Virus record (IMG/VR): IMGVR_UViG_3300008267_000003
Coordinates: 64,001-128,000 of that record
Length of the DNA stretch: 64,000 bases
Direction: 5' to 3' (one strand)
DNA from: a virus
Part shown: positions 1 through 10,282 of the stretch, piece by piece
How the letters are laid out: each line of letters starts with the position of its first letter
How positions within the stretch are numbered: position 1 is the stretch's first letter
Notes under the pieces: model-generated
Seen by the model: the letters and a program-made list of their open reading frames with translations, nothing else
The model's database searches: none
What the model was told of the DNA's origin: nothing
Position numbers and translations under genes: made by a program

Positions 1-612
1 CCAAGAACAAGAATAGGGATAGATGATGTGCTTGGTGAAGAGCAAACATCATCATTTGACTCACAATATTATGTTGAAATGTATATTAAGAACGTTGAAG
101 GTTTTGGTGGGCAGGGTGATTTCCTTTCCAAATTCAATCTAGAAATAAGAGATCAGGTTACTTTCACTATTGCAAGAAGGACATTTAATGAAGAGATTGG
201 CGCATCCTCTCTTCTCGAAAGACCTAGAGAGGGTGATCTTATTTTCATGCCTCTCAATAATAAGTTATTTGAAATAAGGTTTGTTGAACATGAAGCTATT
301 TTTTATCAGCTAGGATCCTTGCAGACCTATGATTTGGTTTGTGAGTTGTTTGAATACAACAACGAAAGACTCAACACAGGTATACCTCTTGTTGATGAAC
401 GTCAGAGAGATATTACCTTCAATATGTCTGACTTTGCATTAATGCTAGAGGATGGTTTATCTCTCACAGACGAAGATGGATTTGATCTAGTTCAAGAAAG
501 ATTTGATATAGAAGTTCAAGATCCTATATCAAACAATGAAGATTTCCAAACCGAGGCAGATCTAATACTTGATTTTACTGAAATAGACCCATTTAGTGAA
601 GGAAGGTATTAA
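1..612 (+). CDS. gp14: Neck protein gp14 (5'-truncated by window edge)
   Basis: Frame open from position 1; RPREGDLIF..NNKLFEI motif; precedes gp15. Confidence 0.9.
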   Translation, partial: PRTRIGIDDVLGEEQTSSFDSQYYVEMYIKNVEGFGGQGDFLSKFNLEIRDQVTFTIARRTFNEEIGASSLLERPREGDLIFMPLNNKLFEIRFVEHEAIFYQLGSLQTYDLVCELFEYNNERLNTGIPLVDERQRDITFNMSDFALMLEDGLSLTDEDGFDLVQERFDIEVQDPISNNEDFQTEADLILDFTEIDPFSEGRY

Positions 613-1409
613 TGTTTAATCAAGTTTTTTATCACGATACTATAAGAAAGTATGTGATTCTTTTTGGTACAATATTCAATGATGTGTACATTAATAAAAA
701 TAATGGTACGGATCACAGTGAAACAATAAAGATTCCTATCTCCTATGGTCCAAAACAGAAGTTTGTATCTAGGCTTGCTCAAGATCCTAATCTCAACAAG
801 CCTGTTGCAATTCAGCTACCTAGGATGGGTTTTGAACTTATTGATGTTAATTACGCTCCGGAAAGAAAGCTACCTACCATCAATAAAATAGCTGTTCAAG
901 ATCCAAACAATAATAATAAAATGCATTATCAGTACATGCCTGTACCCTATGATTTTAATTTTGTATTGTATATTATGGTTAAAAACGCTGATGATGGTAC
1001 TAGAATACTAGAGCAGATATTACCATTCTTTACGCCTGACTGGACACCGACACTCAATCTAGATTCAACCATGCAACATAAGTATGATATCCCCATCATA
1101 CTAAATTCTGTTTCATCGGAAGACACATACGAGGGTGATTTTTTAAATAGAAGAGCGTTGATATGGACACTACAATTTACTCTTAAAGGATATGTGTTTG
1201 GTCCTACTAAATCTATCAAATCTATTAAAACATCAATGATTAATTTCTATGAAGTTGGAACTGCTACCCCATTCTCTGATGCTATAGATTCTAATCAGAA
1301 GATAACTACTGTAACTACGATCCCTGTGGTTGCTGGTAAAACATTGAGTGAAATAGAAGCGGATGATGACTACACCTTCTCCCAGACTATTGAAGATTTC
1401 TATGACTAA
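612..1409 (+). CDS. gp15: Tail sheath stabilizer / tail terminator gp15
   Basis: FGTIFNDV, YGPKQKF, QILPFF motifs; T4 synteny. Confidence 0.92.
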   Translation: MFNQVFYHDTIRKYVILFGTIFNDVYINKNNGTDHSETIKIPISYGPKQKFVSRLAQDPNLNKPVAIQLPRMGFELIDVNYAPERKLPTINKIAVQDPNNNNKMHYQYMPVPYDFNFVLYIMVKNADDGTRILEQILPFFTPDWTPTLNLDSTMQHKYDIPIILNSVSSEDTYEGDFLNRRALIWTLQFTLKGYVFGPTKSIKSIKTSMINFYEVGTATPFSDAIDSNQKITTVTTIPVVAGKTLSEIEADDDYTFSQTIEDFYD

Positions 1410-1785
1410 TGATCCAATAAGTGACGCTTTAAACATTACTCCTCTCCAAGAATTGCTACCTGCTGAACCTAAAAAACAGCTACCAGTAACTAATGATTAT
1501 GAATATGCACGGGGTAACATGCTCTCTATTCTAGAGAAGGGACAGGAAGCTTTGGATGGAGTATTAGAAGTAGCTCAACAATCACAACATCCAAGGGCAT
1601 ACGAAGTGGTTGCAGGATTAATAAAAACGCTAGCGGATGCTAATAAAGATCTACTTGAACTTCAAAAAAGACAGAAAGATATAGCTAATCCTGAAGACTC
1701 TAAACCCCAAACAGTAAATAATAATTTATTTGTGGGGTCAACTGCTGAGTTACAGAAGTTAATAAAAGACAATGCAAAAGAATGA
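1402..1785 (+). CDS. gp16: Terminase small subunit gp16
   Basis: DYEYAR, HPRAYEV, NNNLFVGSTAELQK; start moved to ATG 1402. Confidence 0.92.
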   Translation: MTNDPISDALNITPLQELLPAEPKKQLPVTNDYEYARGNMLSILEKGQEALDGVLEVAQQSQHPRAYEVVAGLIKTLADANKDLLELQKRQKDIANPEDSKPQTVNNNLFVGSTAELQKLIKDNAKE

Positions 1786-3388
1786 AAATTACCTAGGTAA
1801 TAAGAATCTTAAACGTGCTGATGTAACTATTGAATTTACTAAAGAACAGATTCAAGAGTATGTGAAGTGTGCAAGAGATCCAATTTACTTTATTGAAAAT
1901 TACGTCAAAATTATTAACGTTGATCGTGGTCTTATACAGTTTAAGCCATATGATTATCAAAAGGATATCGTAAAATTATTTGAGCGAGAGCGTTTTGTTA
2001 TATGTAAGATGCCTCGTCAGGTTGGTAAAACCACAATCGTTGTTGGTATTATATTGCACCACGCTCTGTTTAATGAGAATTATAGAATAGCTATTCTTGC
2101 TAACAAAGAAAAACAAGCTCATGAGATTCTTGGTAGAATTCAGTTAGCTTACGAGCATTTACCAAAGTGGCTGCAGCAAGGAATTAAAGAATGGAATAAA
2201 GGTAGCATTGAATTAGAAAACGGTTCTATAATACAGGCTGAAGCTACTGGATCATCTGCAATACGAGGTACTTCTCAGAACCTTGTGTATCTAGATGAGT
2301 TTGCATTTGTTCCAAACAACATCCAGGAAAGCTTTTTCTCTTCAGTTTATCCTACTATCTCTTCAGGATCTACTACAAAAGTATTGATAACATCTACACC
2401 TAACGGTTTGAACTTATTCTACAAGCTGTGGGTTGATAGTGAGAATGATCGTAACTCCTACAAAAGGATTGATGTTCACTGGTCAGATGTTCCAGGTAGA
2501 GATGAAGCGTGGAAAGAAGAAACCATACGTAACACGTCTAAGGAACAGTTTAGGCAAGAGTTTGAATGTGAATTTCTAGGATCATCTAATACGTTAATAT
2601 CACCAGAGGCATTAAGAAGGTTGGTTTTCAACGAACCAATAAAGCAAACAGAACATTTTAAGTTATTTCATGAGCCTAGGCAAACTGGTCTCTACGTAAT
2701 GATGGTTGATGTTTCAAGAGGGTTGGGTGGGGATTACTCTGCATTTATAGTGTGTGATATTTCTGAAGCACCATATAAGGTAGTTGCTACTTATAGAAAC
2801 AACAACATATCACCACTACTGTTCCCGGAAGTAATATACAATACAGCAAGAAACTTCTTCAATGCTCACGTACTTGTTGAAATAAATGATATTGGTCAGC
2901 AGGTTGTAGATATCCTCCATGAGGATCTAGAATATGAGAATATTGTATATACTGCTAAGAATCCAAAAGGGTCTGTAGAAGTCTCTCAGGGTTTTGGTGG
3001 AACATCGTACAAAGGTATAAGAACAACAAAATCCACAAAGAAGATTGGATGTAATAATTTTAAAGCATTGGTTGAAAATGATAAGGTTGAGTTAAATGAT
3101 ATCGATCTTATTGGTGAGTTGTATAGGTTTGTAAGCAATGGTCAAACGTATGAAGCAGAAGATGGTAATGATGACTTAGCTATGTGTGGTGTGCATTTTG
3201 GTTGGATAATGACACAAACGTTTATTAGGGAATTGAGTAACTTAGATATTAGAAGAAGGCTCGTGGATGAGCATAAAAGATATTTAGAAGATGATGTAAC
3301 ACCGTTTGGAATAATTTATGATGGCCAGCCTGAAGAGGAGCAGCCTGTTGTCAACACTGACTCCTTCACAAAATTCATGCTATCTTAG
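1772..3388 (+). CDS. gp17: Terminase large subunit gp17
   Basis: PRQVGKTT Walker A, YLDEFAF Walker B, DDLAM nuclease motif. Confidence 0.97.
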   Translation: MQKNENYLGNKNLKRADVTIEFTKEQIQEYVKCARDPIYFIENYVKIINVDRGLIQFKPYDYQKDIVKLFERERFVICKMPRQVGKTTIVVGIILHHALFNENYRIAILANKEKQAHEILGRIQLAYEHLPKWLQQGIKEWNKGSIELENGSIIQAEATGSSAIRGTSQNLVYLDEFAFVPNNIQESFFSSVYPTISSGSTTKVLITSTPNGLNLFYKLWVDSENDRNSYKRIDVHWSDVPGRDEAWKEETIRNTSKEQFRQEFECEFLGSSNTLISPEALRRLVFNEPIKQTEHFKLFHEPRQTGLYVMMVDVSRGLGGDYSAFIVCDISEAPYKVVATYRNNNISPLLFPEVIYNTARNFFNAHVLVEINDIGQQVVDILHEDLEYENIVYTAKNPKGSVEVSQGFGGTSYKGIRTTKSTKKIGCNNFKALVENDKVELNDIDLIGELYRFVSNGQTYEAEDGNDDLAMCGVHFGWIMTQTFIRELSNLDIRRRLVDEHKRYLEDDVTPFGIIYDGQPEEEQPVVNTDSFTKFMLS

Positions 3389-3404
3389 TGGAGAATAATA
3401 ATAT

Positions 3405-3412
3405 TATAAATA
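3405..3412 (+). promoter_or_regulatory. T4-type late promoter TATAAATA (gp18)
   Basis: Exact consensus upstream of sheath gene; gp55 encoded in window. Confidence 0.85.
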
Positions 3413-3442
3413 TAAAGAAACTCTCGTCTTTAGGAGAATAAA

Positions 3443-5734
3443 ATGGCATTTCAAGTTAGTCCTGGTGTAAACGTATCTGAAATTGACTTAACGACAGTCG
3501 TTCCAGCCGTATCCTCTTCAGTGGGTGCTGTGGCTGGTGTTTTTAAGTGGGGTCCTATTGAAACAAGGACTTTGGTCAGTTCAGAAATCGATCTCGTCTC
3601 AAGATTTGGTAAACCAACCAACCATAATCCCGAAACATTCTTTACTGGAGCTAGTTTTTTAGCTTACGGTAATGCTCTTTACGTTGTTAGAGCTGGTAAT
3701 ACAACTCCAGCCACAGCTTACGTAGATTGTACAACAACAAGCTCTTCCCCAAATATCACAACTACAAGTACTACTAGCCTAGCTACTGGTATGAGAGTTG
3801 CTGGAATGACTACTGTTCCAGATGGAGCATTAATTCAGTCGATTACTAATTCTACTTCATTTGTTATTTCAGTATCGGCTAATGGTGTTGAAACAAGTAC
3901 AAATGCGTACTGGTATAGCTCTAATTCTGTATTGAGTGCTATTGCAACATCTAACAGTTCTAACACTATCGCTGTTAACAACTTTGCAGGGACATCGACA
4001 GTTAAGAATGATGAACATTATCAAACATTATCTTTTTCCGATACAGATCTTCTATACATTGCAAAGTATCCTGGCGATCTAGGCAACTCTCTCAAAGTTT
4101 CAGTTTGTGATAGTGTCAATGCTTATTCAAGATCAATTAATATTCAAGGCGGCGATGCCAACTTAGCATCGGGTACAGTCTCGGTTACAGTTGGTTCTAA
4201 TACACTTACAATTGCTCTAGCAAATAGTGCATCTGGTGCTTTGACTGAAGCTAACACCCAATTAGGTACAGTTTTATCTAGATTGAAGCTAAATGATATT
4301 GTTGAAGTTGGTAACAGCTCAATTGGTAAACAGTATCTGAAAATCACTTCTATACCAAGTGTTATGGGTACTAACTCAATGTTTGCAAATTCAACGCATA
4401 GATACTTTACTGTAAGTGTTGACAACTCATATCAGCTTTCTACTAACTACTCTAGCAATACTGTTTCTGCATACTGGGAGTATTTCAATGTAGTTGACAC
4501 AGCTCCAGGTACTTCAGACTACCAAGCAAACTTTGGTAATTCATCTGCTGTTGATGAATTGCACATTGTAGTATCTGATGAGGATGGTAAGTTTACAGGT
4601 GTTCCAGGAACAGTTCTAGAAGTATTCGCAGGTCTATCAAGAGCAACAGATGCAAAAACAAATGACGGTGCAACAAACTACTATAAGACAGTCATTAATG
4701 ACACTAGCACTTATATTAGATGGGCTAATGATAGAAGCGGTGTGAGCTCTGGTCTTGCATCAACCTTATCTAGTGCTAACACTCTTCCACTATATGCATC
4801 GTTCCACAATGGTCAAGATGGAGATGATGAGTCTGTAATTCCAATGGGTAGATTGTTATCTGCTTACGATATGTTTGTATCAGAAGAAGTGGATGTATCT
4901 CTACTGATGACAGGTAAATCAAGAGGCGGTACTAATGGTGAGCAAATAGCTAATTACCTTGTAGATAACATTGCTGAGGTCAGAAAAGACTGCATCGTTC
5001 TTGCTTCTCCAGAAAAGGACGATGTTGTTAATAACGCTAGCAGAGATGAATCAAATGATGTTGTAACATTCAGAAATTCATGTCGTTCTTCTTCTTACTT
5101 GGTCATTGACTCAGGTTACAAGTATATGTACGACAAGTACAGCGATACATTCCGTTATATTCCTCTGAACGGTGATATAGCTGGTCTATGCGTTAGAACA
5201 GATTCTACTAGGGATCCATGGTTCTCACCAGCTGGTTTCAATCGTGGCCAGATCAAGAACATTATTAAACTGGCCTATAATCCAGACAAAGCTAACAGAG
5301 ATGTTCTTTACAAGAATGGTGTTAATCCTGTAGTTTCGTTCCCAGGACAGGGTACAGTTCTATTTGGAGATAAAACAGCGTTGGCTAAGCCAAGCGCTTT
5401 TGATAGAATTAACGTACGTAGATTGTTCATTACTTTGGAAAAAGCTATTTCTACTGCTGCTAAATTCTCACTATTTGAGTTTAACGATGAGTTCACTAGA
5501 GCACAGTTTGTTTCCTTAGTTGAGCCATTCTTGAGAGATGTACAAGGTAGAAGAGGTATTTACGACTTCAGAGTCGTTTGTGATTCCACCAACAACACAG
5601 GTGAAGTGATTGATAGAAATGAATTTGTGGGAGATATATACATTAAGCCTGCTAAATCAATTAACTTTATCCAACTCAACTTTGTTGCTGTAAGAACAGG
5701 TGTTGCGTTTGACGAAGTTGTTGGTAAGTTTTAA
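3443..5734 (+). CDS. gp18: Tail sheath protein gp18
   Basis: SPGVNVSEIDLT N-terminus, PWFSPAG, FDRINVRRLF. Confidence 0.97.
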   Translation: MAFQVSPGVNVSEIDLTTVVPAVSSSVGAVAGVFKWGPIETRTLVSSEIDLVSRFGKPTNHNPETFFTGASFLAYGNALYVVRAGNTTPATAYVDCTTTSSSPNITTTSTTSLATGMRVAGMTTVPDGALIQSITNSTSFVISVSANGVETSTNAYWYSSNSVLSAIATSNSSNTIAVNNFAGTSTVKNDEHYQTLSFSDTDLLYIAKYPGDLGNSLKVSVCDSVNAYSRSINIQGGDANLASGTVSVTVGSNTLTIALANSASGALTEANTQLGTVLSRLKLNDIVEVGNSSIGKQYLKITSIPSVMGTNSMFANSTHRYFTVSVDNSYQLSTNYSSNTVSAYWEYFNVVDTAPGTSDYQANFGNSSAVDELHIVVSDEDGKFTGVPGTVLEVFAGLSRATDAKTNDGATNYYKTVINDTSTYIRWANDRSGVSSGLASTLSSANTLPLYASFHNGQDGDDESVIPMGRLLSAYDMFVSEEVDVSLLMTGKSRGGTNGEQIANYLVDNIAEVRKDCIVLASPEKDDVVNNASRDESNDVVTFRNSCRSSSYLVIDSGYKYMYDKYSDTFRYIPLNGDIAGLCVRTDSTRDPWFSPAGFNRGQIKNIIKLAYNPDKANRDVLYKNGVNPVVSFPGQGTVLFGDKTALAKPSAFDRINVRRLFITLEKAISTAAKFSLFEFNDEFTRAQFVSLVEPFLRDVQGRRGIYDFRVVCDSTNNTGEVIDRNEFVGDIYIKPAKSINFIQLNFVAVRTGVAFDEVVGKF

Positions 5735-5750
5735 TCAAGGAGAATCATAA

Positions 5751-6296
5751 ATGGCTTTCAATATTAATACTTTCAAATCGCTAGTAAGTACTACCGATTT
5801 TGCAAGACCGTCGTTATTCACAGTTAGTATTGCAACACCCGCGGGTGTTGCACCCCTGATTCCTTTTAGTCCTTTTCTTGTTAGATCAGCAAGTTTACCG
5901 GCCTCTTCTATTGGTCAGATCCAAGTTCCTTATGGTGGTAGAACAATTAAAATTGCTGGTGAAAGAACATACGGTGACTGGACAACAACAATAATGAACG
6001 ATGAAGGATTCATTATTAGAAATGCCGTAGAAAATTGGATTGAAATTATGAATAACAAGACAACCAATTTCAGAGCATATCCTAACGAGTATAAAAAAGA
6101 TCTACGTGTAACTCAATACTCTAAGAAGGGTGCTGGAATTGGTATTCCTCTTAAGTCTATTAGTTTAATAGGCTGCTTCCCAACTGCTGTTAGTGAAATA
6201 GCTCTTGATTGGGGTGCAGCAGACCAGATTGAAGAATACTCAATCACTTGGTCTTATGATTATTGGGATGCTAATCCTTTAGCTGGTATAGTTTAA
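5751..6296 (+). CDS. gp19: Tail tube protein gp19
   Basis: GRTIKIAGERTYGDW; follows gp18. Confidence 0.92.
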   Translation: MAFNINTFKSLVSTTDFARPSLFTVSIATPAGVAPLIPFSPFLVRSASLPASSIGQIQVPYGGRTIKIAGERTYGDWTTTIMNDEGFIIRNAVENWIEIMNNKTTNFRAYPNEYKKDLRVTQYSKKGAGIGIPLKSISLIGCFPTAVSEIALDWGAADQIEEYSITWSYDYWDANPLAGIV

Positions 6297-6310
6297 AATG
6301 GTGAATAAAG

Positions 6311-6330
6311 AAGGGGGCAGTGCCCCCTTT
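6311..6330 (+). terminator. Probable intrinsic terminator
   Basis: AAGGGGGCA-G-TGCCCCCTT hairpin with short T tail. Confidence 0.55.
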
Positions 6331-6346
6331 CTAACAAGAGGATAAT

Positions 6347-7870
6347 ATGGCAAGTTTGTTTGGCTTTGAGTTTAGAAAACGTATACCAGAGGAACCTCTA
6401 GAGTCGTTTGTACCTCCAACAAATGATGATGGAGCAGCTATTGTAGCTGCTGGTGGCTCTTATGGTACATATGTAGATTTAGAAGGCACTGCTAGAACTG
6501 AAGCAGAGCTTGTAACCCGTTACAGGGATATGTCAATCACAGCAGATATTGATAGAGCTGTGGATGAAATAGTAAACGAGGCAATCGTTCTAGAGTATGA
6601 TGAGAAAGTAGTTGAACTCAATTTAGATAGACTACCTTATCCAGATGCTGTCAAACAAGCGATTCTCCAAGAATTTGAAGGCATTAAGAGTTTACTAAAC
6701 TTCGAAAACTCTGCTTATGACTTGTTTCGTAAATGGTATATTGATGGTAGATTGTACTATCACGTCATCATAGACGATAAGAACCCAAGACAAGGTATTA
6801 AAGAACTCCGTAATATAGATCCTAGAAAGATCAGAAAAATACGTGAGCAAAAGAAAAAGAAAGATCTAAAAACTGATACAGTTATAACCACTACTGCAAG
6901 AGAGTATTATATCTACAACGAAAAGGGATATAATGCTCAAGGTATTGGGAGCGGATCAGCAGCTGCTTCGCCAGCTACAGGTTTAAAGATTGCTAAAGAT
7001 TCAATTGTACACTGTACTTCAGGACTTATGGATACCAACGGTACCATGGTCATTTCCTATTTGCACAAAGCAATCAAACCACTCAATCAGTTGAGAGTTC
7101 TTGAAGATGCTACTGTTATCTACAGATTATCAAGAGCTCCTGAAAGAAGAATATTTTATATTGACGTTGGAAATCTACCGAAGATGAAAGCCGAGCAGTA
7201 TCTTCGAGATATGATGGTTCGTCATAAGAATCGGCTTGTGTATGACGCATCCACTGGTGAAGTGAGAGATGATAGAAAGTTCATGACAATGCTTGAAGAT
7301 TACTGGCTTCCAAGAAGAGAAGGTAATCGTGGAACTGAAATTACTACTTTGCCTGGTGGAGAGAATCTAGGTAAGATAGAAGATGTTGAATATTTTCAGA
7401 AGAAGCTATATCAGTCATTGAACGTACCTGTTACTAGACTACAATCAGAACAAGTTTATTCGATTGGTCGTGCAACAGAGATAACTAGAGATGAAGTAAA
7501 GTTCTCTAAGTTTATCAATCGTATGAGAAATAAGTTTTCAAGTCTTTTCTTAAAGTGTTTGGAAAAGCAACTTGTGCTTAAGGGTATTGTAACAGTGGAT
7601 GACTGGAAAGTAATGTCACAGTACGTTGCTTTTGATTACTCTAAAGATAACTACTACGAAGAGTTAAAAGAAACTGAGGTAATGACTACAAGAACTAATA
7701 CTGCATCTTTAATGGTTCCATACATAGGCAAGTATTATTCTCACGATTGGGTAAGAACCAATATATTTAAAATGAGTGATGAGGACAAGCAATCTCAAGA
7801 TGCTCAGATAATTGATGAGCTTAAGAACCAGATTTTGTATCCTCCTCCACCACCTGAACCTCAACAATAA
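6347..7870 (+). CDS. gp20: Portal protein gp20
   Basis: RAPERRIFYIDVGNLP, EDYWLPRREG. Confidence 0.98.
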   Translation: MASLFGFEFRKRIPEEPLESFVPPTNDDGAAIVAAGGSYGTYVDLEGTARTEAELVTRYRDMSITADIDRAVDEIVNEAIVLEYDEKVVELNLDRLPYPDAVKQAILQEFEGIKSLLNFENSAYDLFRKWYIDGRLYYHVIIDDKNPRQGIKELRNIDPRKIRKIREQKKKKDLKTDTVITTTAREYYIYNEKGYNAQGIGSGSAAASPATGLKIAKDSIVHCTSGLMDTNGTMVISYLHKAIKPLNQLRVLEDATVIYRLSRAPERRIFYIDVGNLPKMKAEQYLRDMMVRHKNRLVYDASTGEVRDDRKFMTMLEDYWLPRREGNRGTEITTLPGGENLGKIEDVEYFQKKLYQSLNVPVTRLQSEQVYSIGRATEITRDEVKFSKFINRMRNKFSSLFLKCLEKQLVLKGIVTVDDWKVMSQYVAFDYSKDNYYEELKETEVMTTRTNTASLMVPYIGKYYSHDWVRTNIFKMSDEDKQSQDAQIIDELKNQILYPPPPPEPQQ

Positions 7871-7882
7871 ATAGGAGTATCA

Positions 7883-8128
7883 ATGGAAGTCGAACCAACA
7901 CAATATGAAGTGAGTGACCTTGTTAAATACGCTTATGAAGGTCAGCCTGCTAAGATGCAGGATGTTTTTAATGAATTAATGATGGGTAGATTGTACGATT
8001 CTATTCAGCAGAAAAAAGTAGAGGTAGCTCAAAGGTTCTTTGGCACCAAGGATGAACTTGATCAAGATGCTGATCAAGATAATAACATCGAAGACATAGA
8101 GGATACACAAGATGGCCAAGTCGCTTAA
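7883..8128 (+). CDS. Small acidic prohead core protein (gp67-like)
   Basis: Position after portal, size, acidic C-terminus. Confidence 0.55.
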   Translation: MEVEPTQYEVSDLVKYAYEGQPAKMQDVFNELMMGRLYDSIQQKKVEVAQRFFGTKDELDQDADQDNNIEDIEDTQDGQVA

Positions 8129-9245
8129 AAATATTTTGGAAGTTTATGCTCCAAAATCAAAAGATGAAAAAAGGTTTAAAGACAAGCATATTGTCGTTAA
8201 ATCTAAACTTGATGATAAAGGTACTCAGGATGATAACCTATTCAACGCTTCCAATATTAAACCAGTAGATCGTGAGACAGAGCACGGATATAACCCTGGT
8301 AATGACGAGAAGGTATATGAGGCTGTTCATCCAATGGCACTTCATGTAAAACCTGTTAGCGTCAACGGAAAAACGAAATACAAAGTTCATGCTGTCGGTA
8401 AAGAGCTAGCTGATGGGATTAAAGTTGGAGAGCATCTATCTGATACAGAGTTAGATGATGCTACAGATATGGGTGCTAAAATCAAGCACCTCAAAGAAGA
8501 TAATCTTAATGAAAAGAAGCTTACTCCAGCTGAAATGAAAAAGCGTGAAGATGTTGCAAAGGCTATCAAACGTGAGAATCCAAATATGCCGATGGCTAAG
8601 AAGATGGCTATTGCTACTGCCACAGCTAAGAAGGTTGCAGAAGATGTGGAGGAGTTGGATGAGTTGAGCCACGGAACTTTACGCAGCTATGTAGACAAAG
8701 CTAAAAAAGAAAACCTCCCGGGAAAAGGTGGTAATAGAGGTGTAGCATTATTGACTCCTGGTACCAGAGATAAGGGTGTTCACAGAGCAGTTGACAGAAT
8801 GAAGAAGATGAAAGCCAATGAGGAAGCAGAATATATTAACGAAAGCGAAGACTCACACAAGGCTTTCCAAGATCATCATAACATAGCTGCTAAGCACATC
8901 AAGGGTATTACCAAAGCACTTTCCAGCCACTATGATAACGTGACAAATAATAAAAACTATAATAAAGGTGAGGCACAGTGGCATCATGTTAGCGCTATTA
9001 AAAACATTAATAGAGCTCTAGAAGATCTTCATCAGAATATTGCTCAAGAGGTTGATTATAGCAGACCTCCTAAACCTCTCAAAGAAGAGGCTGACTATTT
9101 CGAAGATGATTTGACCGATCTATTGAACACAATTTACGAACACCTCTCCGATGAAAACAAACAAATTTTTGATGAGATAATCGATCATGATCCCAACCAA
9201 CTAGTTGATTTTTTAGAAGCATTGGAGATTGAATATGGCCAGTAG
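8112..9245 (+). CDS. Probable internal head / prohead core protein
   Basis: Between gp20 and gp21; N-terminus MAKSLKNILE; many L/I-x-E sites. Confidence 0.55.
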   Translation: MAKSLKNILEVYAPKSKDEKRFKDKHIVVKSKLDDKGTQDDNLFNASNIKPVDRETEHGYNPGNDEKVYEAVHPMALHVKPVSVNGKTKYKVHAVGKELADGIKVGEHLSDTELDDATDMGAKIKHLKEDNLNEKKLTPAEMKKREDVAKAIKRENPNMPMAKKMAIATATAKKVAEDVEELDELSHGTLRSYVDKAKKENLPGKGGNRGVALLTPGTRDKGVHRAVDRMKKMKANEEAEYINESEDSHKAFQDHHNIAAKHIKGITKALSSHYDNVTNNKNYNKGEAQWHHVSAIKNINRALEDLHQNIAQEVDYSRPPKPLKEEADYFEDDLTDLLNTIYEHLSDENKQIFDEIIDHDPNQLVDFLEALEIEYGQ

Positions 9246-9579
9246 AATTCTATCAAATCAAAAAGGTGGTAAGCTAGTTGTACTTTTTACATCTAACACA
9301 GAAATGACAGTTGCTTCAGCAAATGTTGATGCCACAGAAACTGTAACAGGACTTCATATCAATCAAGTATGGTATGGTTTGGATGGTGGCTATTGGAAGA
9401 TTAGTCGTGGTGCTAACACAATTCAAATTGCAGAAACTTCTTTATATAATGACTTTGCTGGCTGCGGTGCTGCCATACAGCTTGATCAATCAGCTAATGT
9501 TGTTGTTAACTGTACTTCTGCTAATTGCACACTCATAGTTGACTTCCAAAAAGTATCAACATACACAAGCCAGTACTAA
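9229..9579 (+). CDS. Hypothetical virion protein
   Basis: ORF in head operon, beta-rich composition. Confidence 0.6.
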   Translation: MNMASRILSNQKGGKLVVLFTSNTEMTVASANVDATETVTGLHINQVWYGLDGGYWKISRGANTIQIAETSLYNDFAGCGAAIQLDQSANVVVNCTSANCTLIVDFQKVSTYTSQY

Positions 9580-9588
9580 GGATACCAG

Positions 9589-10236
9589 ATGAAACTTATT
9601 AGCGAAGTATATGAAAAAGTAAATTTTCTCGTAGAAGAAAAGGAAGGTAAAAAAGACTTTTTCATAGAAGGAACTTTCATGGTTGCCAATCGAGGCAACA
9701 AGAATAATAGAATATACAAAAAAGATATTCTTGAAAGAGAAGTTCAAAGATATACTAAAGAGCACATCAACGAGAATAGGGCTTTTGGTGAGTTGGGTCA
9801 TCCACAGGGACCTACCATCAACTTAGAAAGAACAGCTATTCTTATTAAGTCTTTAAAGAGCGAGGGCGATAACTTTATTGGTAGAGCTAAAGTTATGGAT
9901 ACTCCTTATGGTAATATTGTTAAAAATCTAATGATGGAAGGTGCAACTCTAGGTGTTTCATCTAGAGGTATGGGCTCCTTAAGAATGAATGACAAGGGAT
10001 TGAATGAAGTACAGGATGACTTTTATCTTGCAACAGCAGCAGATGTAGTTGCAGATCCTTCCGCTCCAGGCGCCTTTGTTAGAGGCATCATGGAGGGTGT
10101 TGAGTGGGTTTGGGATAATGGAGTCTTAAAACCTCAAGAGGTTGAAGAGATGAAGAAAACCATCCAAAAGGCATCTAGTAGAAACCTTGAGGAAGCTCAA
10201 CTTAAGGTTTTTAAACAGTTCATCAAATCACTGTAA
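9589..10236 (+). CDS. gp21: Prohead protease gp21
   Basis: GELGHP, GVSSRGMGS, DVVADPSAP. Confidence 0.97.
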   Translation: MKLISEVYEKVNFLVEEKEGKKDFFIEGTFMVANRGNKNNRIYKKDILEREVQRYTKEHINENRAFGELGHPQGPTINLERTAILIKSLKSEGDNFIGRAKVMDTPYGNIVKNLMMEGATLGVSSRGMGSLRMNDKGLNEVQDDFYLATAADVVADPSAPGAFVRGIMEGVEWVWDNGVLKPQEVEEMKKTIQKASSRNLEEAQLKVFKQFIKSL

Positions 10237-10246
10237 ATTTTTAAAA

Positions 10247-10254
10247 TATAAATA
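10247..10254 (+). promoter_or_regulatory. Late promoter TATAAATA (gp22)
   Basis: Exact consensus in intergenic space. Confidence 0.85.
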
Positions 10255-10282
10255 ATAAAGATACTTTTAAGGAGTAAAGAAA

